This document shows positions 30,520 through 40,075 of a stretch of 64,000 nt of DNA, piece after piece. The notes beneath the pieces were generated by a model. It was not told the DNA's origin. It saw only the letters and a list, made by a program, of their open reading frames with translations, and made no database searches. Position 1 is the stretch's first letter. Each line of letters opens with the position of its first letter. The DNA lies in assembly GCA_903847585.1 (NCBI GenBank), contig CAINEC010000193.1, positions 52,507-116,506 on the forward strand, written 5' to 3'. A program made the translations under genes and the position numbers. Source of the stretch: an uncultured Bacteroidota bacterium (GTDB lineage: Bacteria; Bacteroidota; Bacteroidia; AKYH767-A; OLB10).

Positions 30520-32462
30520 TATTTACTTGTACGACTCTTCAATCGATCCACCTTATTCAATCCTTTAACAAACATATGCTCCGCAGTTTGATAAATTGAA
30601 ATCGCATCTGTTTTGAATTGCTCTTCAACCTTCACTTCTTTCATATCACCGGTATAACGATCAAAACTAAATTGAGCAAATTTTTTCTGCGGTGATAGCA
30701 CCATCAATTTATTTCCTTTGATGTATCCCAACTTCTGATAAGTACCAATAAAAGCTCGTTCATCATTTGGTGTCATTGTTAAAATGTTTTTACCAAAGAA
30801 TGTAGACTCATAACTCCAGTTCATTAAACCAGCCAATGTTGGAACCACATCCACTTGGCTACATAGTTTATCAACTTGCATAGGTTTAATTAATTCAGGG
30901 GCATAGATTAAACAGGGGATTTGATATTTCAAGATTGGCATCTCTGCTTTCCCAGCACTACTTCCACAATGGTCGCCAATAATTACAAAAAGCGTATTAT
31001 TAAACCAAGCATGATTTGGAGCTTCTTCAAAAAACTTCTGAAGTGCATAATCAGTGTAACGCACTCCCCCACTCCTATTCTTATTCAGCTTTAATCCTAC
31101 CTCCGGGAAAGTATAAGGCTTATGATTAGAAGTAGTAAGAATAAAATTAAAGAATGGTTTACCGGCTTTATAACTTTGGTCGGCCTCCTTCATTGCACGT
31201 GAATAAGAATCCTCATCACAAGTCCCCCAAACATTCGCAAAACGAATTTCTTCTTCGCTGTAATTACTTCTATCAACAATTTGAAAATGATTCCCACTGA
31301 AAAAGGTATTCATGTTATCAAAATATCCGAACCCACCATAAATAAATTTATTATCGTACCCCTTCTGCTTGAACAACCATCCAGAAGAAAACAAATTATC
31401 ATTTGACGGACGGCGAACGATGCTGGTACCTGGAGTTGGCGGGATACTTAAATTTAATGCTTCTAATCCACGTACAGTACGAGTTCCATTTGCATAAAGG
31501 TTCGTAAAAAACATTCCTTTCTTTACCAGCTGATTTAAGAATGGCATTTCATATCCATCACCTGGATCAATGTATTCAAGGTATTCACCACTTAAACTTT
31601 CAACTGTAATGAACATAACGTTGTAACGCTTTTCTTCTCCAATATTTTTATATGAATAAATTAAATCATTGGTAGGATATGAAATAAAAGAATCCTTCAT
31701 CAAAGCCTTTACATGATCATTAGCCTTCTTATCATCGATAGTATAATAAAATCGATCGTAATCTAACTGATTATTTTTATAGGCTTCAAACAGACTATAA
31801 AAACCATTTTTTGCTAATTCATTATTGTAAGAGTTATTGCTAATTCTACTCCAATTAATATTCACAAAAAGAAATGCAAAAAGAGGAAGAATTGAAATCA
31901 GCAACAGACCTTTCAAACGACTTAAATAAGTGGTGTCTGAATTTAAAGAGCCCCCAACGTAATTATTTTTCACTAACCAATAAATTGCAAGAGCTGTTAA
32001 TCCTGCAACAATCGCCACCAAGGGACCAATAGAATACGATTCAACAATGTTTCCAATTACTTCATTGGTGTATACTAAATAATCTACTGCAATGAAATTA
32101 AAACGCACTTCAAACTCATCCCAGAAAAAATATTCAGCAAATGCATTAAAGATCCAGATAAAAATTGTCAAGCCATAGAAGAACCAGCAAAGTCCTTTGT
32201 AAAACTTAGTTCTTGCAATTACTGATGGAATCAAAAATATTATGATGGCGATTGGCAATGCATAATAAGAAAAAGCAATTACATCAAATAAAAATCCTGA
32301 AAGAAAACTTAGTGTAATATCAATTACATTAAAACTAACATTAAGATATGATTTTACAGTAAGAACAATTCGCGCAATTAGAGAAACAACAAGAAATATT
32401 TTTATAAATCCTGCTAATGTTCGATAACGACCATTATAAATTTTACTTAGCAAATTATCCAT
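30519..32462 (-). CDS. LTA synthase family / phosphoglycerol transferase (sulfatase fold)
   Basis: About 5 TMs, then VESLS, GTRTVRG, TTSNH, GDH. Confidence 0.88.
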   Translation of the reverse strand: MDNLLSKIYNGRYRTLAGFIKIFLVVSLIARIVLTVKSYLNVSFNVIDITLSFLSGFLFDVIAFSYYALPIAIIIFLIPSVIARTKFYKGLCWFFYGLTIFIWIFNAFAEYFFWDEFEVRFNFIAVDYLVYTNEVIGNIVESYSIGPLVAIVAGLTALAIYWLVKNNYVGGSLNSDTTYLSRLKGLLLISILPLFAFLFVNINWSRISNNSYNNELAKNGFYSLFEAYKNNQLDYDRFYYTIDDKKANDHVKALMKDSFISYPTNDLIYSYKNIGEEKRYNVMFITVESLSGEYLEYIDPGDGYEMPFLNQLVKKGMFFTNLYANGTRTVRGLEALNLSIPPTPGTSIVRRPSNDNLFSSGWLFKQKGYDNKFIYGGFGYFDNMNTFFSGNHFQIVDRSNYSEEEIRFANVWGTCDEDSYSRAMKEADQSYKAGKPFFNFILTTSNHKPYTFPEVGLKLNKNRSGGVRYTDYALQKFFEEAPNHAWFNNTLFVIIGDHCGSSAGKAEMPILKYQIPCLIYAPELIKPMQVDKLCSQVDVVPTLAGLMNWSYESTFFGKNILTMTPNDERAFIGTYQKLGYIKGNKLMVLSPQKKFAQFSFDRYTGDMKEVKVEEQFKTDAISIYQTAEHMFVKGLNKVDRLKSRTSK

Positions 32463-33036
32463 GTATAGTTTCCTTCAATCCAAAGCCTTTAATTATTTCT
32501 CCCTCGTAATCCAGCCATTGTTGCCAACGTTCATCCACATTCTCCTCCACTGCATACTTTCTGGCAAAATTGATAAACATCGTATAGTGATTGGCCTCAC
32601 TAATCATCAGCATTTTATAAAACTGTTTTAAATCTTCATCATTAATATTTTCCGAAAGCACTTTAAAGCGTTCGCAACTTCTTGCTTCTATCATTGCTCC
32701 GAAAAGCAAACGATCTATCAAGTGTATTTCTCTTGAACCACCCTTGCGTTGAAATTCATATAGCAAGTTTACATATTCATCCTTGCGTTCACGACCTAAA
32801 ACAAATCCGCGTTCTGTTAATTTATCGTGTACTTGTTTAAAATGACCTAACTCTTCTTGTGCTAATTCAAGCATTGCATTTACCAATTCCGTTTTTTCAG
32901 GAAACTTCACTACGATAGTAATTGCATTCGTTGCTGCTTTCTGTTCACAATAAGCGTGATCAGTTAATATCTCTTCGATATTTTTTTCTACTATGTTTAC
33001 CCAACGAGGATCAGTTGGCAATTTCAATCTAAACAT
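32455..33036 (-). CDS. miaE: tRNA-(ms2io6A) hydroxylase
   Basis: DHAYCEQKAA, EELGHF, IEARSCERF, SEANHY. Confidence 0.92.
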   Translation of the reverse strand: MFRLKLPTDPRWVNIVEKNIEEILTDHAYCEQKAATNAITIVVKFPEKTELVNAMLELAQEELGHFKQVHDKLTERGFVLGRERKDEYVNLLYEFQRKGGSREIHLIDRLLFGAMIEARSCERFKVLSENINDEDLKQFYKMLMISEANHYTMFINFARKYAVEENVDERWQQWLDYEGEIIKGFGLKETIHG

Positions 33037-33040
33037 GAAA

Positions 33041-35119
33041 TTAGTATTTTAACAACTCAGCGATTTTAATCTTTACTTTATCTGCATTTGGAAGCATCGC
33101 AAACTCCAACGTACTGTTTAGAGGTATAGCAGGTAAATTTTCAGAACCAATAACAACCACTGGCGCATCTAGATGCATAAAACAGTTTTGAGATATCCTT
33201 CCAGCTAGTGCTTGTGCAAATGAATTATTATAAGGCTCTTCAGTAAGTACAATACACTTATTATGTTTCTTCACAGAATTAAATATTGCTTCCTCATCAA
33301 GTGGAGCCAATGTTCTTAAGTCTATAATTTCAACCTGTCCTTCAAAATCTTTTGCAGCATTCTTTGCCCAATACACCCCCATACCATACGTTATAACGGT
33401 AAGCGTATCCGAAGAATTATTAGCCGATGCTTCCTGAACTATACGAGCTTTACCAAGAGGCAAAATATAATCTTCGGATGGTTCAATTGTCTTAGCATCT
33501 TCAGTACCTTTTATCTTCGACCAATAAAGTCCTTTATGCTCTAGCATTACAACCGGATTTGGATCGTAGTAGGCAGCTTTCATCAAGCCTTTTAAATCAG
33601 CACCAGTTGAAGGATAGCATATTTTAATTCCTCGAATATTAGCTAAAACACTTTCTACACTCGACGAGTGATACGGTCCTCCACTTCCATAAGCACCAAT
33701 TGGAACACGAATAATTGCACTTACGGGCCATTTACCATTACTTAAATAACAAGAACGGCTAACCTCAGTAAACAACTGATTTAAACCTGGCCAGATATAA
33801 TCTGCAAACTGAACTTCTACGATAGGCTTACAACCGGTAGCGCTCATGCCGACAGTGCTTCCAATAATGAAAGCTTCTTGAATAGGCGTATTGAAAACAC
33901 GATTATCACCAAATTTCTGTGCTAATGTTGCAGCTTCTCTAAATACACCACCTAATCTTCCTCCTACATCTTGTCCGTATAACAAACATTCAGGATGCTT
34001 TTCCATTAACTCTTGAATAGCAAACAAAGCACAATCAACCATTACTTTAGCTTCACCACCCTGCGGAGCACGAACACCTTGCTCTTCTACAATTGGCGTA
34101 GGTGCGTAATCGTGAGTATATAAATCTTCTGGTCTTGGGTCTTCGGAAGCTTTTGCAATTTCATAATCAGCAAGCACTTGCGTCGTTACTTCTTCTTCAA
34201 TTGAAAACAATTCAATTTCGTTAATTCCTAAATCAAGTAACTGCTTTCTGAACTTCGGTAATGGGTCACGTTTAGTAGCCTCTTCTAAATCATCACGATA
34301 CCATTCCTTTCTAACACCTGATGTATGATGATTCAACAAAGGAACTTTCGCATGCACGAGCCAGGGCTTCGATTCTGTTCGAACACTTTTGAAAATATTA
34401 TTGATGACTTTATAACACTCAATAAAATCAGTTCCGTCTATTGTTACTGCTTCAATTCCTTTGAATCCTTTGATGTATTCATAGGCATTCATAGCACGTG
34501 TTTCTTTCGATGTAGCAGAAATATCCCAATCGTTATCCTGAACAATATAAACTATTGGAAACTGCTTTAAAGCCGCCATTTGAAAAGCTTCAGCTACTTC
34601 TCCTTCTGTAACGGATGCATCTCCTAAAGAACAAACAACTAACGGATTTTCACTAATATTTTTATCCTGTAACCCTTGCTTTTGCAAATACTGAATTCCC
34701 ATAGCAACTCCAGTTGTTGGAATCGCTTGCATTCCTGTTGCTGAACTTTGATGAGGTATTTTAGGCATGCCTTCCCTTTTCAAACTTGGATGGCAGTAAT
34801 AGGTTCTTCCTCCACTAAACGGATCATCGCGCTTAGCCATCAATTGCAACATCAATTCAAATGGTTGCATTCCTATACCCAACAACATACTATCATCACG
34901 ATAGTAAGCACTTAAGTAATCTTGAGATTTAAGTTGAAGTCCAACTGCTAACTGAATAGCCTCATGTCCTCTTGATGTAGCATGAACATATTTAGCGGTA
35001 AACGAAGCCCTTTCTTCATACAATACTGCCATTTCCTTGGCAGTTGTCATTAGTTTAAAGGCATTTAACAATTCCTCTTTCGACAACATTGATTCCTGAT
35101 CCGATGCATTTGAATTCAT
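33041..35119 (-). CDS. 2-oxoacid dehydrogenase E1, fused alpha and beta subunits (2-oxoisovalerate dehydrogenase-like)
   Basis: TPP motif GDASVTEG..N, RVFNTPIQE, EVQFADY, IDLRTLAPLD. Confidence 0.9.
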   Translation of the reverse strand: MNSNASDQESMLSKEELLNAFKLMTTAKEMAVLYEERASFTAKYVHATSRGHEAIQLAVGLQLKSQDYLSAYYRDDSMLLGIGMQPFELMLQLMAKRDDPFSGGRTYYCHPSLKREGMPKIPHQSSATGMQAIPTTGVAMGIQYLQKQGLQDKNISENPLVVCSLGDASVTEGEVAEAFQMAALKQFPIVYIVQDNDWDISATSKETRAMNAYEYIKGFKGIEAVTIDGTDFIECYKVINNIFKSVRTESKPWLVHAKVPLLNHHTSGVRKEWYRDDLEEATKRDPLPKFRKQLLDLGINEIELFSIEEEVTTQVLADYEIAKASEDPRPEDLYTHDYAPTPIVEEQGVRAPQGGEAKVMVDCALFAIQELMEKHPECLLYGQDVGGRLGGVFREAATLAQKFGDNRVFNTPIQEAFIIGSTVGMSATGCKPIVEVQFADYIWPGLNQLFTEVSRSCYLSNGKWPVSAIIRVPIGAYGSGGPYHSSSVESVLANIRGIKICYPSTGADLKGLMKAAYYDPNPVVMLEHKGLYWSKIKGTEDAKTIEPSEDYILPLGKARIVQEASANNSSDTLTVITYGMGVYWAKNAAKDFEGQVEIIDLRTLAPLDEEAIFNSVKKHNKCIVLTEEPYNNSFAQALAGRISQNCFMHLDAPVVVIGSENLPAIPLNSTLEFAMLPNADKVKIKIAELLKY

Positions 35120-35123
35120 GGCG

Positions 35124-35131
35124 CAAAAATA
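35124..35131 (-). promoter_or_regulatory. Bacteroidota -7 box TATTTTTG, near-leaderless transcript
   Basis: TAnnTTTG ends 4 nt before ATG 35119. Confidence 0.55.
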
Positions 35132-35169
35132 AGGATATTCCCTATCTAATTCGAATAGTTACCGGTAAA

Positions 35170-35203
35170 TAAAAAGGGATTTCCAAAACTGAAAGTCCCT
35201 TTC
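35170..35203 (-). terminator. Intrinsic terminator of the T9SS protein gene
   Basis: Minus strand AAAGGGACTTTC-loop-GAAATCCCTTTTTATTT. Confidence 0.65.
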
Positions 35204-35220
35204 TGCTATTTTTAATTTAA

Positions 35221-38200
35221 TTACTCTAAGATAAGTCTTGTTTGAGTAACCAAGCCACTACCTTTTAGTGAAACGATATAAGTTCCTTTAACCAGGCTTT
35301 CAAGATTTAGTTCCTTTTGATTAAATCCTTCAATCGCATTAAGAACATAAGAGTCTACTAATCTACCAGACATATCGTAGATATTTAATGTGTAATCGCT
35401 GTTGTCAATTGATGTATAGGCAATTGTTACATTACCTCTTGTTGGGTTTGGATAAACCACTATACCTGATAAGTCAAATGCGCTTCCGTCACGTGCTGTA
35501 GGGCAAGCTGCGGTAGGATTTACAGATACCGATTTTGCTGTGCTTAATCCACATGCATTACCTGACTTAACTGTAATAGATTTTGATCCAGTAGCAGTAA
35601 ATCTCAAAGTAAGATTTGTTGTACCCTGTCCACTAACATAAGTAGTTCCTGATGTGGGGTAAGTCCAGGTATAAGATGTTGCACTAGTTACAGGTGCAAT
35701 TGAAAACACTTGAGGAACTGTTGTTCCTATACATAGTACAGAAGGGATAATTATTGCACTAGGAACAGATGGTACTACATTAATTTTCACTCCTCTTTCT
35801 GCACTAGAACCACAACCATTATTGGCCTTCACAAACAATGAATCGAATGTGGTTGTGTTAGCTGGATAAGTTACCGTAATTGATTGTGTAGGTGCTGAAA
35901 CAGTGAGAGAAGATACAGCCTGACCATTTAATAATGCCCCGACCTTTTTTGTTCTCCACGTATAAGACGTTGCATTTGTTACAGCGCTTGCAAAGGAATA
36001 AGTGAATGTTCCTCCACCACAAATTCCAGTAGTCTGTCCTGTGATAACTCCCGGAGTTGTTGGAGCTGCGGTATTTCTTGTAATTACTTTTGTACGAACA
36101 GTACTTAATCCCTTACAGTTTCCGCCATTTACCTTTAAAGTATCACCCACAAATCCCGTAGTGAAGGTAACAATAACAGAAGTATCCGTAGTCGTTAATG
36201 CGGTTGCTGATCCATTTACCAGCATTCCAGTTTTAGGTGTCCAAACATAATAATCAGCAGTAGCCACTTTTGCAATACTATACCTAATAGCATCACCAAT
36301 ACAAGCCGTTGCGGCTCCTGTAACTGTACCTGGCTGTGTCGGCTTAGCCGTTCTAACAATAATTGTTCTGATTGTTGAGTCCTTTCCGCATGATGAGGTT
36401 CCGACAACTTTAATAGCTCCTGTAACAGAAGTCGATGACCATGATGTAGTTATCGAATTAGTTCCTGCACCTGCAGTAATTGTAACACCTGTTGGAACTG
36501 TCCATACGTACGTTACTCCAGTTTGCGCTGCTACAGAATAAACAACTCCTGTTGCAGGTCGACAAATTGGAGAATTCCCTGAAATTGTACCAACTGTTAC
36601 GCTACCAGATGTAATTGCTACCGGTAAAGAAGAAGACGCATTATTACATACACCAGAAGCCACAACAGAAACATTTCCACTTAAAACTCCAATAGGCCAT
36701 GATGTAATAATCTGACTTGTTCCCTGTCCTGATAGTATTGTTACTCCCGTTGGAACTGTCCATGTATATACCACACCAGGCTGACTTGTTATAGAATATA
36801 CTAATTGTGATTGAGGTAAACAGAATGAAGTAGAACCAGATATAGACGATAACTGAACATTTGTTGAAACAGTTACCGCTTTAGAAGAACTTACCGAAAT
36901 ACAATTGTTGGCTAGTGTAACAGAAACATTTCCTGAAACAGCTGTTGCCCCCCAGGTGGTAGTAATTGAATTAGTTCCTTGTCCTGCAGTAATTGATACG
37001 CCTGTTGGAACTGTCCAATTATAACTAGCACCTGATTGCGCCGTTACACTATAAACGACTCCAGAAACGCCAGTACAATTTGAAGAAACGCCATTTATAA
37101 CAGGAGTAGAAAGTGAAGGAATAATTGAGATATTAACTGTATCAATAGCTGCAATACATGGACCGCCACCATCAGGATCATTAGTTGTTAAAAATAGTCT
37201 TGCAAATCCTGCTGCAATTTCTGATGCTGAAGGTGTATAAGTAATATTTAATGATGTGTTGCTTGGAGAATAAGTTCCAGTACCGCCACTCCAAGTTTGA
37301 CTTGTTGCAGCACCGCCAATACTTCCTGCAATTGATGAAGTTGCGTTGTAACAAATAGTTTTATCTACACCTGCATTAGCAGTTGGCGGATTAGTACATA
37401 CACTGCAATTTGTTACCGTAATTGCTGAGGTATCATTTGCTGTACAACCAGCTGCTGTCGTATAATAATAAATCAATGTATAAGTACCAGGACCTGCCGT
37501 TGAAGGATTGAAAGTGTTATTGCTAACTCCTGTACCAGCATAATTTCCACCTGTTGGTGAACCACCGGTTAAAGTAAATGGAGCTGCTGTATTACAAACA
37601 GGACTTAACGAAGCAAATGTTACAGTTGGTAAAGGATTAACTGTATAAACCTGTGATGCACTACGAGAACATCCTACTGTATAAGTCACCGTGTATGTTA
37701 TTGTCTGTGACCCAAAGGCAGGGTCGAAAAATCCATTTGATACGCCAACTCCTGAATACACCCCACCTGATGGTGAACCGCCAGAAAGTTGTTGCAATGG
37801 CGCATTATCGCAAATTGGGGAGAATGCACTTAGCGTTACATTTTGAGGAGTGATTACCGTAACAGAAGCGCTTCCACTTGCAGCCCCAACACATGTAGCA
37901 TCATTCATCGCGGTAAGTGTATATGTTGAAGTTGATGATGGACTAACTACTAAATTATAATTAGTAGTTGTTATACCTGTTACACTTGCTGAAGTTGTCC
38001 CGTTTGAATAAGTTAATGCAAATGGCGGAGTTCCAGTAAATGTAACTGGAATACTTACCGTACTTCCAGTACAAGCAGTATAAGACCCTGATGTTGTTGC
38101 AGTAGGGTTAGAGCATCTATCGGTGATGCATATACTAAAAGTACCTGCTACAGTTGAGTCGGTCCATACGCGTAAAATGTAATCTGCTTGAGGATTTAAC

Positions 38201-40002
38201 CCGGTAATCGTTTTGGTGTTATTTGTAACTGGATTCCAGCACGCTATTTCAAATCCTCCGCACTCGAATAACAACTGGGCTTTTACATTCGTAGCAGTAA
38301 TTGCATTAATCGTTAAATCAACATCGCTAAAACTTCCAGTATTAAATACAAACCAAACATCGCCTTTTAGTAAAGAAGCATCACAACTTGATGCATCAGT
38401 ATTTCTAGTCGCATAATTATTCAGAAATGTTCTGGCATTTGTAGCACATGATAATGGTGGATTAACACTTAGTCTGATTGCATTTGCACAGTTATCATTA
38501 CTAGGAGCAACCGCACACATAGTTGTTTCATAGATACACAAATTCATAGTACCTGTTGAAAATGGAATGTATGTCCAAACTCTCACATAATAGGTTTGAC
38601 CGGCCACATATTCATTCTGACACATTGAAATCTCTGGCATTCCTCCATTTTGATCATCACCGCATTTAAACTGGTATCCTGTTCCACCCGGACAACCTGT
38701 CCATACTTCCATTACCCAATCGTTATTAGTTCCTGCTTGAGTAGTTAAAACCAATTTCTTTCCATTAGCAGGTGCAACAAACTTAAACCACTTATCATTG
38801 GTTGCCTGATTTCCATTGATATCGGAGCAGAAAGAGGTAGGACCATTTATAGAAACCCCAGTTGATACAGTAGTATAACTACAAGTGGCTAATGAAGATG
38901 CAACTGAAAGCAATGGTGCTGTTGAACAATCCTCACCGATACCACCAGTACTGAAATTAGATGGTCCAATTTTCAAACTATTATTTCCAGTACCACAACT
39001 TTTCTGAACGTAAAAACTATAAGAAGTTAACGATGATAGTCCTGTTATTGCTGCAGTCGTTGAAGATGTATTGATAGTTGTTCCTGTTCCTGGAGTAAAA
39101 CCAACAGGACCATATTCAATAGTAAAGGTTCCACCTGTTACTGGATTTGTCCAAGATAAAGTTGCTCCATTAGTTGTAATTTGCGTAGCTGATAAGTTAG
39201 TTGGTGAAGGGCAAGAAGTCGGAGCATATCTAAAATTTAAACCTTGAGCAGGTAATAATGTAGATGAAATTCCGCATGTAGAGGTGTTTGCTGTACCATT
39301 AGCAGATGTAGCCCAAGTATTTGTACCAGTAACAACCGATCTGTTTTTAATATTTGTAGGATATGTATTATTTGCACCTCTTAAACCAACCTGGTATGAT
39401 CCGGCTGTATATGTTCCTTGAGTAAATTTATAAATAACGTCAATGGCATTTGATGTCTCATTCAACACGATTTGAAAATTCATAGCGGTAGTATATGTTG
39501 TACCACTTTGTGCTTGAGGCTTAAAATTTTTGTACTGAATCACAAACTTTCTGTTTGGTGTAGTTCCCAGCGTTTGATAACTGATAGAACCTGTCTGAGA
39601 GGCATTTCCTGAAAAGAAATATGCATTCAAATTTCCTCCTAAAGCTGCAATAGCACCTGCGTAGGATGTTGATGCCGATATCGGAGTATAACTCGTTGTA
39701 GATGGACTTGTAGCTCCAAAAGTCATATATCCATTTGTACTAACTACACATCCCGAATAAGACACACCGTCATATACAAATGAAAAAGGAATCGTTCCTG
39801 CTGCGAGGGTATAAGTAAGATCATCGAGCGATCCCGAGCCTGTTGTTGCGGTTGCTGTTGCTAGAGTAGTTGCTCCAGTTAACTCTGTGTACGTTCCGTT
39901 ACTTTGAACAAAATCGTAGAGATTAACTTGTGCTGTACCCAAATGATAATTTCCAATAATAATTAGAAAAATCATCAGTAGTTTCAATAATAATTTACGC
40001 AT
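35221..40002 (-). CDS. Large Cys/Thr-rich surface protein with FN3, Ig and PKD-like repeats and a T9SS type A C-terminal domain
   Basis: Signal TA|Q; FN3 (LSW..EYG..GLSS.T.Y); repeated Y.WTVPTGV.I..G.GT; CTD VYPNPT..IYDMSGRLV..GTYIV..TRLILE. Confidence 0.88.
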   Translation of the reverse strand: MRKLLLKLLMIFLIIIGNYHLGTAQVNLYDFVQSNGTYTELTGATTLATATATTGSGSLDDLTYTLAAGTIPFSFVYDGVSYSGCVVSTNGYMTFGATSPSTTSYTPISASTSYAGAIAALGGNLNAYFFSGNASQTGSISYQTLGTTPNRKFVIQYKNFKPQAQSGTTYTTAMNFQIVLNETSNAIDVIYKFTQGTYTAGSYQVGLRGANNTYPTNIKNRSVVTGTNTWATSANGTANTSTCGISSTLLPAQGLNFRYAPTSCPSPTNLSATQITTNGATLSWTNPVTGGTFTIEYGPVGFTPGTGTTINTSSTTAAITGLSSLTSYSFYVQKSCGTGNNSLKIGPSNFSTGGIGEDCSTAPLLSVASSLATCSYTTVSTGVSINGPTSFCSDINGNQATNDKWFKFVAPANGKKLVLTTQAGTNNDWVMEVWTGCPGGTGYQFKCGDDQNGGMPEISMCQNEYVAGQTYYVRVWTYIPFSTGTMNLCIYETTMCAVAPSNDNCANAIRLSVNPPLSCATNARTFLNNYATRNTDASSCDASLLKGDVWFVFNTGSFSDVDLTINAITATNVKAQLLFECGGFEIACWNPVTNNTKTITGLNPQADYILRVWTDSTVAGTFSICITDRCSNPTATTSGSYTACTGSTVSIPVTFTGTPPFALTYSNGTTSASVTGITTTNYNLVVSPSSTSTYTLTAMNDATCVGAASGSASVTVITPQNVTLSAFSPICDNAPLQQLSGGSPSGGVYSGVGVSNGFFDPAFGSQTITYTVTYTVGCSRSASQVYTVNPLPTVTFASLSPVCNTAAPFTLTGGSPTGGNYAGTGVSNNTFNPSTAGPGTYTLIYYYTTAAGCTANDTSAITVTNCSVCTNPPTANAGVDKTICYNATSSIAGSIGGAATSQTWSGGTGTYSPSNTSLNITYTPSASEIAAGFARLFLTTNDPDGGGPCIAAIDTVNISIIPSLSTPVINGVSSNCTGVSGVVYSVTAQSGASYNWTVPTGVSITAGQGTNSITTTWGATAVSGNVSVTLANNCISVSSSKAVTVSTNVQLSSISGSTSFCLPQSQLVYSITSQPGVVYTWTVPTGVTILSGQGTSQIITSWPIGVLSGNVSVVASGVCNNASSSLPVAITSGSVTVGTISGNSPICRPATGVVYSVAAQTGVTYVWTVPTGVTITAGAGTNSITTSWSSTSVTGAIKVVGTSSCGKDSTIRTIIVRTAKPTQPGTVTGAATACIGDAIRYSIAKVATADYYVWTPKTGMLVNGSATALTTTDTSVIVTFTTGFVGDTLKVNGGNCKGLSTVRTKVITRNTAAPTTPGVITGQTTGICGGGTFTYSFASAVTNATSYTWRTKKVGALLNGQAVSSLTVSAPTQSITVTYPANTTTFDSLFVKANNGCGSSAERGVKINVVPSVPSAIIIPSVLCIGTTVPQVFSIAPVTSATSYTWTYPTSGTTYVSGQGTTNLTLRFTATGSKSITVKSGNACGLSTAKSVSVNPTAACPTARDGSAFDLSGIVVYPNPTRGNVTIAYTSIDNSDYTLNIYDMSGRLVDSYVLNAIEGFNQKELNLESLVKGTYIVSLKGSGLVTQTRLILE

Positions 40003-40075
40003 AATAAGTCGTGCTTGGATGGTTTGTGTATGATAATTTAATGTCGGATTCTAACGAGTAATTTTGATAAAAGTT

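Noticed and set aside
36480..37030. Recurring GTTGGAACTGTCCA as CRISPR or DGR-type repeats
   Set aside because: These encode WTVPT in PKD-like protein repeats about 85 aa apart; no cas or reverse transcriptase gene is present
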